Source: a virus (taxonomy: Duplodnaviria > Caudoviricetes). From it: a DNA stretch of 50,295 nucleotides. Below the pieces are notes generated by a model. It searched no databases. It saw only the letters and a list, made by a program, of their open reading frames with translations, and was not told the DNA's origin. This document shows, piece by piece, positions 16,176 through 24,613 of the stretch (its first letter is position 1; every line of letters begins with the position of its first letter). The position numbers were made by a program, and so were the translations under genes. Where the stretch lies: positions 1-50,295 of IMG/VR virus record IMGVR_UViG_3300042673_002653, one strand, 5' to 3'.

Positions 16176-17539
16176 TGTGGTTCGGCGACCGCCTGGCCAA
16201 CCTCATCACGGCGATGGGCACGCAGAAGGACAAGGCCACCCGCACCCGGCACTACATGCGGGAGCTGGATCAGGGTTCGGCCCTGACCATGTATCGGTCG
16301 GACTGGATCGCCCGAAAGGTGGTGGACATACCGGCCTTCGACATGATCCGCGAGGGGCGGAACTGGCAGGCTGACGACGCTCACATCGAGGCGCTGGAGA
16401 AGGAAGAGGCCCGGCTGCAGATCTGGCCGAAGCTGGCCAAGGCGCTTGCTCTGGCCCGGCTCTACGGCGGCTCAGCCCTGGTCATGGGTGTCGGCACGGA
16501 CAACCCGGCAACCGAGCTCCGCCCCGAAAGTGTCCAGCAGGGCGGTCTGGCCTATGTCCACGTCGTCAGCCGATACGAGATCTCGGTTGGAGAAATCGAG
16601 AAGGACCCGGCCTCTCCCGGCTGGGGCGAGCCGACCTACTATTCGATGTCCGGTGCCCGGAGCGGATCGCTACGCATCCACCCCAGCCGGGTCATCCCGT
16701 TCATCGGGGCTGAACTACCCGACCTGACGTTCTCGCAGGGCTGGGGAGACTCGGTCCTGCAGGCCGTCGACGAGGCCATCGAGAACGCCGGGCTGGCTGG
16801 AACCGCTATCGCCCAGCTCCTCCAGGAAGCTAAGGTCGACGTCTTCAAGCTGAAGAACTTCATGGCCAACGTCGGTGACGAGGCCTACCGCGCCAAGGTC
16901 CTGACCCGCCTGAGCCTAGCTAACCAGGGCAAGTCTATCTCCAGCGCCCTCGTCATGGATGCCGAGGAAGAGTGGGACCAGAAGCAGATCAGTTTCGCTC
17001 AACTGCCCGAGGTGCTGCAGCTCTATCTCCAGATCGCCGCCGGCGCCGCCGACATCCCGGTAACCCGCCTGCTGGGCCAATCCCCGGCCGGCCTAAATAG
17101 CACCGGCGAGAGCGACGTCCGCAACTACTACGACCGCCTCGCCGCCGAGCAGAAGGTGAAGATCCGCCCCCGACTGGAGAAGCTGGACGCGGTTCTGATC
17201 CCCTCGGCCCTCGGCAGCCGCCCGGCCGAAATCCACTTCACCTTCGCCCCGCTGTGGCAGATCAGCGAGAAGGAGAAAGCGGACATCTTCAAGACCAAGG
17301 CGGACGGAGCGCGACAGTTGGCCGGCACCGGCGGTGCATCCCCGCCCCTCCTGCCCATCGAGGCGCTGTCGGATGCGCTCTGCAATACGTTCATTGAGGA
17401 CGGAAGTTTACCGGGCCTCGAGGCGGCGCTCGAAGAATATGGCCGGTTGTCGGAACAGGAAGACGACCCCGACGCCGACGCCGCTGCGTTGGGCGCGCGA
17501 GACCCGGAAACGCTGGAAGAGGAACCGGCCAAGGTGTAG
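16175..17539 (+). CDS. Portal protein (DUF1073 family)
   Basis: YRSDWIARKVVDIPAFDMIR, ARLYGG, IHPSRV, ADIPVTRLLGQSPAGLNSTGESDVRNYYD. Confidence 0.92.
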   Translation: MWFGDRLANLITAMGTQKDKATRTRHYMRELDQGSALTMYRSDWIARKVVDIPAFDMIREGRNWQADDAHIEALEKEEARLQIWPKLAKALALARLYGGSALVMGVGTDNPATELRPESVQQGGLAYVHVVSRYEISVGEIEKDPASPGWGEPTYYSMSGARSGSLRIHPSRVIPFIGAELPDLTFSQGWGDSVLQAVDEAIENAGLAGTAIAQLLQEAKVDVFKLKNFMANVGDEAYRAKVLTRLSLANQGKSISSALVMDAEEEWDQKQISFAQLPEVLQLYLQIAAGAADIPVTRLLGQSPAGLNSTGESDVRNYYDRLAAEQKVKIRPRLEKLDAVLIPSALGSRPAEIHFTFAPLWQISEKEKADIFKTKADGARQLAGTGGASPPLLPIEALSDALCNTFIEDGSLPGLEAALEEYGRLSEQEDDPDADAAALGARDPETLEEEPAKV

Positions 17540-17612
17540 GATTAACGGCCCCCCGGATGCGTCAACATCACGGGAGGCCTAGCCACCAACGATCGTGGAA
17601 GGATCGATAATG
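17537..17612 (+). promoter_or_regulatory. HNH-cassette promoter and two-hairpin RNA leader, copy A
   Basis: TAGGAT -10; GGCC..GATG-CGTCAA-CATC..GGCC; TAGCC; CGATC-GTGGAAG-GATCG; ATA-ATG. Confidence 0.7.
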
Positions 17613-18203
17613 GATACCGGCATCAATATGCCTGTGGACCGCCGCTGTGAAGCGTGTGGCGTCCAACTCGAACGCAAGACGGGCGAGAAGCCCGTTCACT
17701 GGAAGCGGCGTCGTTACTGCGGCCTGACATGTGGTCGGACCCACGGACGCAACCGCCAGCCCTTATCAGAACGGTTCTTCTCAAAGGTCGAGGTCACACC
17801 TGACTGCCACGAATGGCAGGGAGCCAAGGGTCGCGACGGATACGGCAGCATCGCCCTCGGAGACGGAACCACAGGTTTAGCCCACCGGGTGGCTTATGCG
17901 CTGGCCTTCGGCGAGATCGGTAACGGAGCCCAAGTACTTCACCGGTGCGACAATCCCGGTTGCGTGAACCCAGCCCACCTCTTTCTGGGCGACCACGCCG
18001 ACAACATGGCCGACATGGCCAGCAAGCAGCGCGGACGGTCAGCGATCGGAGCCGCTCACCATGCCGCGAAACTCAACGCGCCGAAGGTGAGGGCGATCCG
18101 AGCGGACACCCGAGAGCAGCGTGAGATCGCCGCCGACTACGGAGTCTCCCATGCGACAGTCGGCGCGATCCAGCGACGAGAAACTTGGAAGCACGTCGCT
18201 TAG
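17610..18203 (+). CDS. HNH homing endonuclease with N-terminal Zn finger and C-terminal HTH
   Basis: CEAC...YCGLTC; RFFSKV; AHRVAY; LHRCDNPGCVNPAHLFLG...N; KLNAPKVRAIR...IAADYGVS...WKHV. Confidence 0.9.
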   Translation: MDTGINMPVDRRCEACGVQLERKTGEKPVHWKRRRYCGLTCGRTHGRNRQPLSERFFSKVEVTPDCHEWQGAKGRDGYGSIALGDGTTGLAHRVAYALAFGEIGNGAQVLHRCDNPGCVNPAHLFLGDHADNMADMASKQRGRSAIGAAHHAAKLNAPKVRAIRADTREQREIAADYGVSHATVGAIQRRETWKHVA

Positions 18204-18372
18204 CGTCGATCAGGTCGCTCAGCTTCTCTACCGGCTGGCGCGAGACCACCTGACCCGCGAGCAGATCGAAGCCGCCATCGCGGAGACCCGCCCCGAGGTC
18301 GCCGCCTTTACTGACGCTAAGCGCGGACGCTGGGCCGTCGAGCAGTCCCGCCGCCTCTCCCGCGAGACCTGA
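18151..18372 (+). CDS. Small hypothetical ORF or gene remnant
   Basis: Phage-like codon usage from ~18204 (SVDQVAQLLYRLARDHL...); the only starts lie inside the HNH gene. Confidence 0.4.
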   Translation: MRQSARSSDEKLGSTSLSVDQVAQLLYRLARDHLTREQIEAAIAETRPEVAAFTDAKRGRWAVEQSRRLSRET

Positions 18373-18382
18373 GGACATCGCC

Positions 18383-19648
18383 ATGCAGTTCACGGACGCC
18401 GCGCCGATCGCAGGCGTGCGCCTGACCCGTGACGGTTACGCCGTCGCCGAGGTCCGCGCCGCCCGCACTGGCATTCAGCAATACGCAGGGCGTGAAGTCG
18501 GGCGGCCCGACCTAGCTGTGGTCAACGTCTACCGCCCGCCGGAAAGCGTGTTCGCGGCCGACAGCATGGCCAGCTACGGCTTCAAGCCGGTCACGATCAA
18601 TCATCCTGCCGAGGGCGTCACCGCGGACAGCTGGAAGGATCTGGCTGTCGGTGTCGTCGGTGGCGACGTGGTGCGGGATGGCGGCTTCGTGAAGGTCCCG
18701 CTGGCTCTGATGGACGCGGCGGCGATCAAGGCGGTGCAGGACGGCACCCGCGAGATCAGTATGGGCTACGTCTGCGACCTCGCCTTTGAGGACGGCGTGA
18801 CGCCCGAGGGCGAGCCGTATCAGGCCGTGCAGCGCGACATCCGCATCAATCACCTCGCGCTCGTGCCGTCAGGTCGCGCGGGGCCGCAGTGTCGTGTCGG
18901 GGACGCAAAGCCCGATCTGGCGAAGGCCAAAGGCAAGCTGAGAGCCGCTATAGCGCTCCACGAAAAGCACATGAACGGCAGCGCCCCCACGACGGGCAAG
19001 GCCGGAGAGAAGTCGCAACAAGCGATGATGGATTTGATGGAGGAGGCCCTCGCGGCCCTTTCTGGAGAGTCCGCTCGCAGCGGCATGGGGTCAATGGACG
19101 CGCACCCCTCCCAAGCGCTCTGTTCCACAGGAGACCGTCACATGACGCTCAAGACCATCGCCGTGGACGGCCTCCCGGTCGAAACCACGGACGCCGGCAT
19201 CGCAGCCATCGACAAGCTGCGCGGCCTTCTCTCCACCGCGGACGCCGCTTTGGCCACCGCCAACACCACTCACGCCCAAGCGCTCGCTGCCAAGGACGCC
19301 GATCTGGCGAAGAAGGACGCCGAGATCGCCGACCTGAAGACCAAGGTCATCGACGGCGCCGCTCTGGATGCTCTGGTCGCTGATCGCGCCGCAGTCGTCG
19401 CCAAGGCCAAGGCCCTGGACCCCAAGGTCGTGATCGACGGCAAGTCGAACGCCGAGATCAAACGGGCCGTCCTGGGTGACGCCGCCAAGGACAAGTCGGA
19501 CGCCTACGTGGACGCCGCCTTCGACCTGAAGACGGCCGATGCCCAAAGCGCCGACCCGCTGCGCAAGGTCATCTCCGACGGCGCTCCCAACGGCGGCGTC
19601 CACGTCGCTTCCATCCGCGACGCCGCGCGCGTCGCTGGCCTGAACTAA
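18383..19648 (+). CDS. DUF2213 prohead protease/scaffold protein
   Basis: RTGIQQY, YRPPESVF, KPVTINHP, EISMGY, INHLALVPSGRAG; C-terminal Ala/Lys-rich coiled coil with possible nested start at 19142. Confidence 0.9.
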   Translation: MQFTDAAPIAGVRLTRDGYAVAEVRAARTGIQQYAGREVGRPDLAVVNVYRPPESVFAADSMASYGFKPVTINHPAEGVTADSWKDLAVGVVGGDVVRDGGFVKVPLALMDAAAIKAVQDGTREISMGYVCDLAFEDGVTPEGEPYQAVQRDIRINHLALVPSGRAGPQCRVGDAKPDLAKAKGKLRAAIALHEKHMNGSAPTTGKAGEKSQQAMMDLMEEALAALSGESARSGMGSMDAHPSQALCSTGDRHMTLKTIAVDGLPVETTDAGIAAIDKLRGLLSTADAALATANTTHAQALAAKDADLAKKDAEIADLKTKVIDGAALDALVADRAAVVAKAKALDPKVVIDGKSNAEIKRAVLGDAAKDKSDAYVDAAFDLKTADAQSADPLRKVISDGAPNGGVHVASIRDAARVAGLN

Positions 19649-19660
19649 GGAGCCACGACA

Positions 19661-20134
19661 ATGGCAGTCAATCAGGACACCTACACTTCGGTCATGGCCG
19701 CGGGCTATCCCGGCATGATCGCCAACGGCGAGACCTCCAACCGCATTACGCGGACCTGTGAGGACTCGGCCGGCATTCAGTTCGGCGCTCCGGTCTATCG
19801 TGGCTCGGGCGACCACGGCTGCACGGCCACGGTCGGCACTGCGGCGACCTTCCTCGGCTTCGCCATCGCCCACGAGGCCCTCGGCCTTCTGAGCGGTCAG
19901 ACCGCCGACCGCTACCAGCAGTACGACAACGTCGCGATCCTGACCCAGGGCGTGATGTGGGTCACCGCAACCGGCGCCAACGTCGACGGCGCTGCCGTGA
20001 CGATCGGCACGGGCGGCGGCGCTGCTGACGCCATCGGAGACACCGCCGCCGACGCCACCCACATCGCCACCGGCGGCTGGGTGTTCGACGACACCACCTC
20101 TGCGACGGGCCTGGCCCGCATCGCCAAGCGCTAA
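19661..20134 (+). CDS. Head decoration/cement protein
   Basis: Between scaffold and capsid; AGYPGMIA...IQFGAPV...ILTQGVMWV. Confidence 0.8.
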   Translation: MAVNQDTYTSVMAAGYPGMIANGETSNRITRTCEDSAGIQFGAPVYRGSGDHGCTATVGTAATFLGFAIAHEALGLLSGQTADRYQQYDNVAILTQGVMWVTATGANVDGAAVTIGTGGGAADAIGDTAADATHIATGGWVFDDTTSATGLARIAKR

Positions 20135-20146
20135 GGGGATCAGACC

Positions 20147-21238
20147 ATGATCATCAATTTCGCCGATGCGACCGGTGGCCTGTTCACCGACGCCGCATCC
20201 TTCCTCGCCGCCAGCGACAGCCAACGCGAGTTGGCCTTCCAACGCTGGGCCGCCTACGACGCCGCCCTCGCCGCCACCTTCGGCGACAAGGCCTCCGAGT
20301 TCTTCGTGGACGCCCAGGTCGGCCGCGCATTCCTGACCCCGCAGCTGTATCGGATCGAAACGCAGGTCTACCTGCGCCGCTATCCGAACGCCGACCTGAC
20401 CGGCCTTCTGCCGATCAACACGGACGGCGACATGTGGGACGTCGGCACGGTGTTCTACAGCATGGACGAAGCCGGCAAGGCCGAGTTCCTGAGCGGCAAG
20501 GGCTTCGACATGCCCTACGCCTCGACGCTGATGGACCAGAAGAGCCGCGGCTTCCACCTGGCCGGCATCGGCTACGAGTGGTCGACGCAGGAGCTTCAGC
20601 GCGCCGCCAAGCTGGGTCGTTCGCTGTCCGCTGACAAGGCCGCCGCCGCCCGCAAGGCCGCGCAGTTCTTCAAGCGCTCTATCGCCATGACCGGCCGCGC
20701 GCCGGGCACTGCGGCGAGCGAGAAGGGCTGGACCGGCTTCGTGAACGATCCGAACGTCCCGACCGCCAACGTCGCGGCCGACGGCACCGGCTCGACCACG
20801 CCCTGGGCCGGCAAGACCCCGGACCAGATCAGCCGGGACATTTGGGGCGCCGTCAACGCGGTCGAGCAGCAGACCGGCGAGACCCACACCGCAACCACGG
20901 TGGCCCTGCCGACTGAGAAGCTGCGCTACATCGAGCAGACCCGCATGTCGGACACCGGCTCGACCATCCTGGCCTACATCCGCGGCAACCGGGACGGTGG
21001 CGACAACATCGTCTTCAAGCCGATCCGCGAACTGAAGGGCGCCGGCGCTTCGGGCACCGACCGCCTGGCGGCCTACGACTCCTCGGAAGAGGTCGTCCAG
21101 TTCCACCTGCCGGGCGACCACGAGTTCCTGCCCGCGTTCCAGAAGTCGTCCATGACCTACGACGTCGGCGGCATCATGAACGTCGGCGGGACCGAGGTTC
21201 GCCTGCCCAAGGCCATCACCTATCGCGACGGGATCTGA
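20147..21238 (+). CDS. Major capsid protein (DUF2184 family)
   Basis: QLYRIETQVY, GYEWSTQELQRA, GFVNDPNV, GGTEVRLPKAITYRDGI. Confidence 0.92.
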   Translation: MIINFADATGGLFTDAASFLAASDSQRELAFQRWAAYDAALAATFGDKASEFFVDAQVGRAFLTPQLYRIETQVYLRRYPNADLTGLLPINTDGDMWDVGTVFYSMDEAGKAEFLSGKGFDMPYASTLMDQKSRGFHLAGIGYEWSTQELQRAAKLGRSLSADKAAAARKAAQFFKRSIAMTGRAPGTAASEKGWTGFVNDPNVPTANVAADGTGSTTPWAGKTPDQISRDIWGAVNAVEQQTGETHTATTVALPTEKLRYIEQTRMSDTGSTILAYIRGNRDGGDNIVFKPIRELKGAGASGTDRLAAYDSSEEVVQFHLPGDHEFLPAFQKSSMTYDVGGIMNVGGTEVRLPKAITYRDGI

Positions 21239-21241
21239 GCC

Positions 21242-21487
21242 ATGACCAAGCTGACCAACTACACCCCCGGCCCCAAGGGCGTGCACACCGAGGACCAGGG
21301 TCTGATCTACATCGGCGGCGGCCAGACCAGCGAGGACCTGAACATCAGCGACGGCGAACTGAAGGCGGCCAAGGCCACCGGCTGGTTCTCCAAGCAGAAG
21401 GACCCGCTGGACCACGACGACGACGGCAAGAAGGGCGGGGCCGCTCCGGCGCCCGACGCCCCGAAGCCTGAACCGACGAAGGCCTGA
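21242..21487 (+). CDS. Small virion-associated protein
   Basis: 81 aa right after the capsid gene; DPLDHDDDGKKGG motif. Confidence 0.75.
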   Translation: MTKLTNYTPGPKGVHTEDQGLIYIGGGQTSEDLNISDGELKAAKATGWFSKQKDPLDHDDDGKKGGAAPAPDAPKPEPTKA

Positions 21488-21503
21488 CCGATGGCCGGGC
21501 ATG

Positions 21504-21528
21504 GAGGCGGGGGTTAAGCCCCCGTCTC
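21504..21528. terminator. Hairpin between convergent genes
   Basis: GAGGCGGGGG-TTAAG-CCCCCGTCTC. Confidence 0.6.
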
Positions 21529-22091
21529 TAGTCCGACCAGCTCTCACCGCGCTGTATGCGTCCAACCTGAGACTGACCAACGCCGAACTCAGCGCCAACG
21601 TCCACTTGCCGGGCCTTGCCCTTCATCGACCGGATGTATTCGACTGCCTCTGGTGACAGCTTGGCGGTTGGAGACGTCGATCCGGAATACTGAGTACCGT
21701 GAAGAATTCGGTCCGCCGCGTTCTCCTTGGCCGACGCCCATCGCAGATGTCTTGGATGGACGCAGCCGTCAGGCCCTCTGCCGCAAGAATGGGCGGCGTG
21801 ATCAGTTGCCGACGGTGCCGGGCCGTTCACCATCTCGCACATCACTCGGTGGCCGCTGGTATTCTGATACTTCGCGTAGCCAGAGGGCAGCCGGGCGAAA
21901 GGCCAGATTAGGCAGTCATCTCCTTGGTGGGATGAGTGCTCAGCGAGCCACGCGGCTGGTCCGCCGTTACCGACCTTGCCGCCTAACGGATCACCGTGGT
22001 CGCGCCACCGACGGCTGTGTATGCGGCAGAAGTTGTTGCTGTGGTGCGGCTTGCCGCAGTCCGGCACAGAACATAGACGAGCGATAGCCAT
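21528..22091 (-). CDS. His-Cys/HNH-type homing endonuclease with C-terminal HTH, in reverse orientation
   Basis: CSVPDC...CRIH; CLIWPF; HRVMC; AAHSCGRGPDGCVHPRHLRWA...EN; KLSPEAVEYIR...FGVGQSQVGRIQRGESW. Confidence 0.88.
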   Translation of the reverse strand: MAIARLCSVPDCGKPHHSNNFCRIHSRRWRDHGDPLGGKVGNGGPAAWLAEHSSHQGDDCLIWPFARLPSGYAKYQNTSGHRVMCEMVNGPAPSATDHAAHSCGRGPDGCVHPRHLRWASAKENAADRILHGTQYSGSTSPTAKLSPEAVEYIRSMKGKARQVDVGAEFGVGQSQVGRIQRGESWSD

Positions 22092-22186
22092 TTCGACCTC
22101 TCAACAGGTTGGCTTGGTTAGGACCCGTCGAGAGGTAGGATGCTCGGCGGGTCCGGCATTTTACCCCAATGGACAGGGGTATCCAA
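22089..22186 (-). promoter_or_regulatory. HNH-cassette promoter and two-hairpin RNA leader, copy C
   Basis: Minus strand TTGGAT-17-TAAAAT; GGACCCG.CGAG..CTCG.CGGGTCC; TAACC; ACCT-GTTGAG-AGGT; CGAA-ATG. Confidence 0.65.
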
Positions 22187-22599
22187 TGGCTCAACACGGA
22201 ACAGAGCAAGGCTTCACGGACTGGCTCGCAGCTCGCGGCCATGACCTGCCCGATGGCGCCCCCAGCCCGGCCATTCTTCTCCAGCGAGCGACCGACTACC
22301 TCGATGCAGTCTACGGTGCCCGGCTGGCCAATGCCGAGGCATCGGACGCTCTGGACCTCGCCCTGGAGCGCGCGACCTACGCCGCCGCCTGGCATGAGGC
22401 GCAGAACCCCGGCTCGCTGTCTGTGTCGGTCGTTGCATCGCAACAGGTGAAGCGCGAGAAGATCGACGTCATCGAGACCGAGTATTTCCAAGGGACTGGC
22501 GGGGCTCTGGCCACGGCAACGCCGCAGCTGTCGCTCGTGGATGGTATCCTCGCCCCGTTCCTCGACAAGCCCGCCCTGCCCGCCGTCTTCGTGGTCTGA
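22186..22599 (+). CDS. Head-tail adaptor (DnaT-like)
   Basis: LQRATDYLDAVY...VKREKIDVIETEY...VDGILAPFL. Confidence 0.8.
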   Translation: MAQHGTEQGFTDWLAARGHDLPDGAPSPAILLQRATDYLDAVYGARLANAEASDALDLALERATYAAAWHEAQNPGSLSVSVVASQQVKREKIDVIETEYFQGTGGALATATPQLSLVDGILAPFLDKPALPAVFVV

Positions 22600-22964
22600 T
22601 GACCGCCTTCGACTATTCCCGCCCCCTCGCCACGGCGAACCAGCTGATCGAGCGCTACGGCCAGCTCGGGGCGGTTGAGACGCCGGGCGAGCGCATGGGC
22701 CCTGCCTATGACCCCGGCGAGCCGGTCCCGACGTCCACCCCTGCCCGCTTCGTCATCGTCGGCTTCGAGGCCAAGGAGATCGACGGTTCGCGGGTCCTTG
22801 CTACCGACAAGAAGGCCCTGGTCGCGCCCGGCGTGCTGACCGCCGATCCGACCCCCGCAGACCGCCTGGTTGAAGCGAACGGCGTCTCGTGGTCCATTGT
22901 CGGCGTCGATACCCTTCGGCCGGCGGAGACGACTCTGCTGTTTACTTTGCAGGTGCGCCGATGA
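22599..22964 (+). CDS. Head closure protein
   Basis: FDYSRPLATANQLIERYG...IDGSRVLATDKK...LQVRR. Confidence 0.8.
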   Translation: MTAFDYSRPLATANQLIERYGQLGAVETPGERMGPAYDPGEPVPTSTPARFVIVGFEAKEIDGSRVLATDKKALVAPGVLTADPTPADRLVEANGVSWSIVGVDTLRPAETTLLFTLQVRR

Positions 22965-23119
22965 CCCCAGAAGATCTGGATGCCCTAAAGAGGGATGCTG
23001 CCCGGTATCGCTGGCTACGTGACGACAACGCATACGCACCGGAAGAAGGTCATGTGCGGGGCGGCGAAGAATTGGATGCCCTCTGCGATGAAGGCCTAGC
23101 CGAGGAAGCTGACCGATGA
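22961..23119 (+). CDS. Small hypothetical protein
   Basis: DAARYRWLRD motif common in phage accessory proteins; ATGA overlaps. Confidence 0.65.
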   Translation: MTPEDLDALKRDAARYRWLRDDNAYAPEEGHVRGGEELDALCDEGLAEEADR

Positions 23120-23298
23120 TCGCGACCATCGTAGCTCGTCACTCCCCGCAAGACGTCGCCCTCACCCGAGCGATGACGAAGAACCATGTCGTCCGCACCG
23201 ATAGCGACAACACCCGCGTCCACTACAGGGCGACGGAGCGCCGTTGGAACCCGCAGTCGCGCGAAGCCCGCTTCGTTCTGGAACCCATCTCGGCGTGA
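23116..23298 (+). CDS. Small hypothetical protein
   Basis: 60 aa, translationally coupled. Confidence 0.5.
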   Translation: MIATIVARHSPQDVALTRAMTKNHVVRTDSDNTRVHYRATERRWNPQSREARFVLEPISA

Positions 23299-23501
23299 CC
23301 GCCCATCGGGGCAAGGCCATCCTCGCCGCTGCGGCGTGGAAAGACCTGAACGCCAAGTCGGCGAACTATCAGGCTGCGATCCTCCGGGGCGATGACGAGA
23401 CGGCCAAGGCCATCCGTCAGGAAGCCCACGACATCCTCGACACCCACCTCGACCTGTCAGGCGAAGTCGCCCAGGCCGCGCTGGACATCCTCAAGGACTG
23501 A
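23295..23501 (+). CDS. Small hypothetical protein
   Basis: GTGA overlap; helical 68 aa. Confidence 0.6.
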   Translation: MTAHRGKAILAAAAWKDLNAKSANYQAAILRGDDETAKAIRQEAHDILDTHLDLSGEVAQAALDILKD

Positions 23502-23504
23502 CCC

Positions 23505-24539
23505 TTGGCCAGAACCCGAGTGCAACGGCAGCTCTATGCCGAGCTGCTGGAGCGCTATGGGCGCGCGGTCGCAGACGCGTTTTTCAAGGCGATCGACGAC
23601 ATCAGGAAAGCCGCATCGCTCCAGGCTGTGACCGCAGCGATCGAAGCCGGGGACATCGAAGGCGCGCTCGATGCTCTGGACATCGATCCAGCCGCCTTCA
23701 ACGACATGCTGGACCGGATCAAGGACGCCCAGACGGCCGGGGGCAACTATAGCACCGAGACGATGCCGAAGCGGCGCCCGGACGGGACAGCCTTCACGGT
23801 GCGCTGGGATGGTCGGGCGGTTGAGGCCGAAAGCTGGATGCGCCAGCACGCCGCCGATCTCGTCACCCACACGACGCAGGACATGCGCGAGGCGGCTCGG
23901 CAATCGCTCGTCGCCAGCCTCGAACGTGGCGACAACCCCAAACGCGCCGGCCTCGAACTTGTCGGACGCATCAACCGGGTGACCGGGAAAAGGACCGGTG
24001 GAACCCTGGGGCTGTCGGTGCCTCAAGAGGAATATGTGCGGAGAGCCAGAGAAGAACTGGCCTCTACGTCGCCGGACTTCATGTCCAACTACCTCGGCCG
24101 TAAACGGCGGGACAGAAGGTTCGATAGATCTGTCGCGAAGGCCATCAGGGAGGGCAAGCCGGTCCCACCGGAGATCGCCGCGAAAGCGATTACAGCCTAT
24201 TCGAACCGACTACTCCAGTTGCGGGGCGAGACGATAGGCAGGCACGAGGCCTTCGCAGCGCTCTCAGCGGGCAGGCAGCAGGCCTACGAGCAGGCGGTCG
24301 CCTCGGGAAAGATTACTGCGGCAGCAGTAACGAAGAGCTGGCGTCACTTGTCGAGTCTGGACTACCGACCCGATCATCGCCTGATGAACGGTAAGGGCGT
24401 GGGCCTGATGGAGAGCTTCGTTCTGCCGGACGGTACGACGATGCTTTACCCGCACGACTCATCGGCCCCGATCAAACACACCGTCGGATGCCGGTGCCAA
24501 GCTGATTACAAAGTCGATTTTCTGGCCGGGATCAGGTAG
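23505..24539 (+). CDS. Head morphogenesis protein (SPP1 gp7/MuF-like)
   Basis: RGETIGRHEA...KSWRH...RPDH...MLYPHD...VGCRC. Confidence 0.85.
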   Translation: MARTRVQRQLYAELLERYGRAVADAFFKAIDDIRKAASLQAVTAAIEAGDIEGALDALDIDPAAFNDMLDRIKDAQTAGGNYSTETMPKRRPDGTAFTVRWDGRAVEAESWMRQHAADLVTHTTQDMREAARQSLVASLERGDNPKRAGLELVGRINRVTGKRTGGTLGLSVPQEEYVRRAREELASTSPDFMSNYLGRKRRDRRFDRSVAKAIREGKPVPPEIAAKAITAYSNRLLQLRGETIGRHEAFAALSAGRQQAYEQAVASGKITAAAVTKSWRHLSSLDYRPDHRLMNGKGVGLMESFVLPDGTTMLYPHDSSAPIKHTVGCRCQADYKVDFLAGIR

Positions 24540-24613
24540 TCTGAAACGGGCCGAAGCGGTGCGTCAACACCGGCTCCGGCCCTAACCGAAACGACCATTG
24601 GAGGGTCGATATG
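24537..24613 (+). promoter_or_regulatory. HNH-cassette promoter and two-hairpin RNA leader, copy B
   Basis: TAGTCT -10; GGGCCG..GGTG-CGTCAA-CACC..CGGCCC; TAACC; CGACC-ATTGGAG-GGTCG; AT-ATG. Confidence 0.7.

Noticed and set aside
16175-17539. Portal as an anti-CBASS Acb1 protein, a label sometimes attached to this family
   Set aside because: Size, motifs and position after terL indicate a portal; no HxT phosphoesterase pair recognised
17540-18203. HNH cassettes as group I introns or IscB/omegaRNA systems
   Set aside because: Leaders are only about 65 nt, the upstream genes end in normal stops, and no intron core or RuvC motifs are visible
19091-21598. 835-aa minus-strand ORF, and similar long shadows at 34364-36280 and 45840-47393
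   Set aside because: Antisense or alternate-frame shadows of clear genes, expected at high GC
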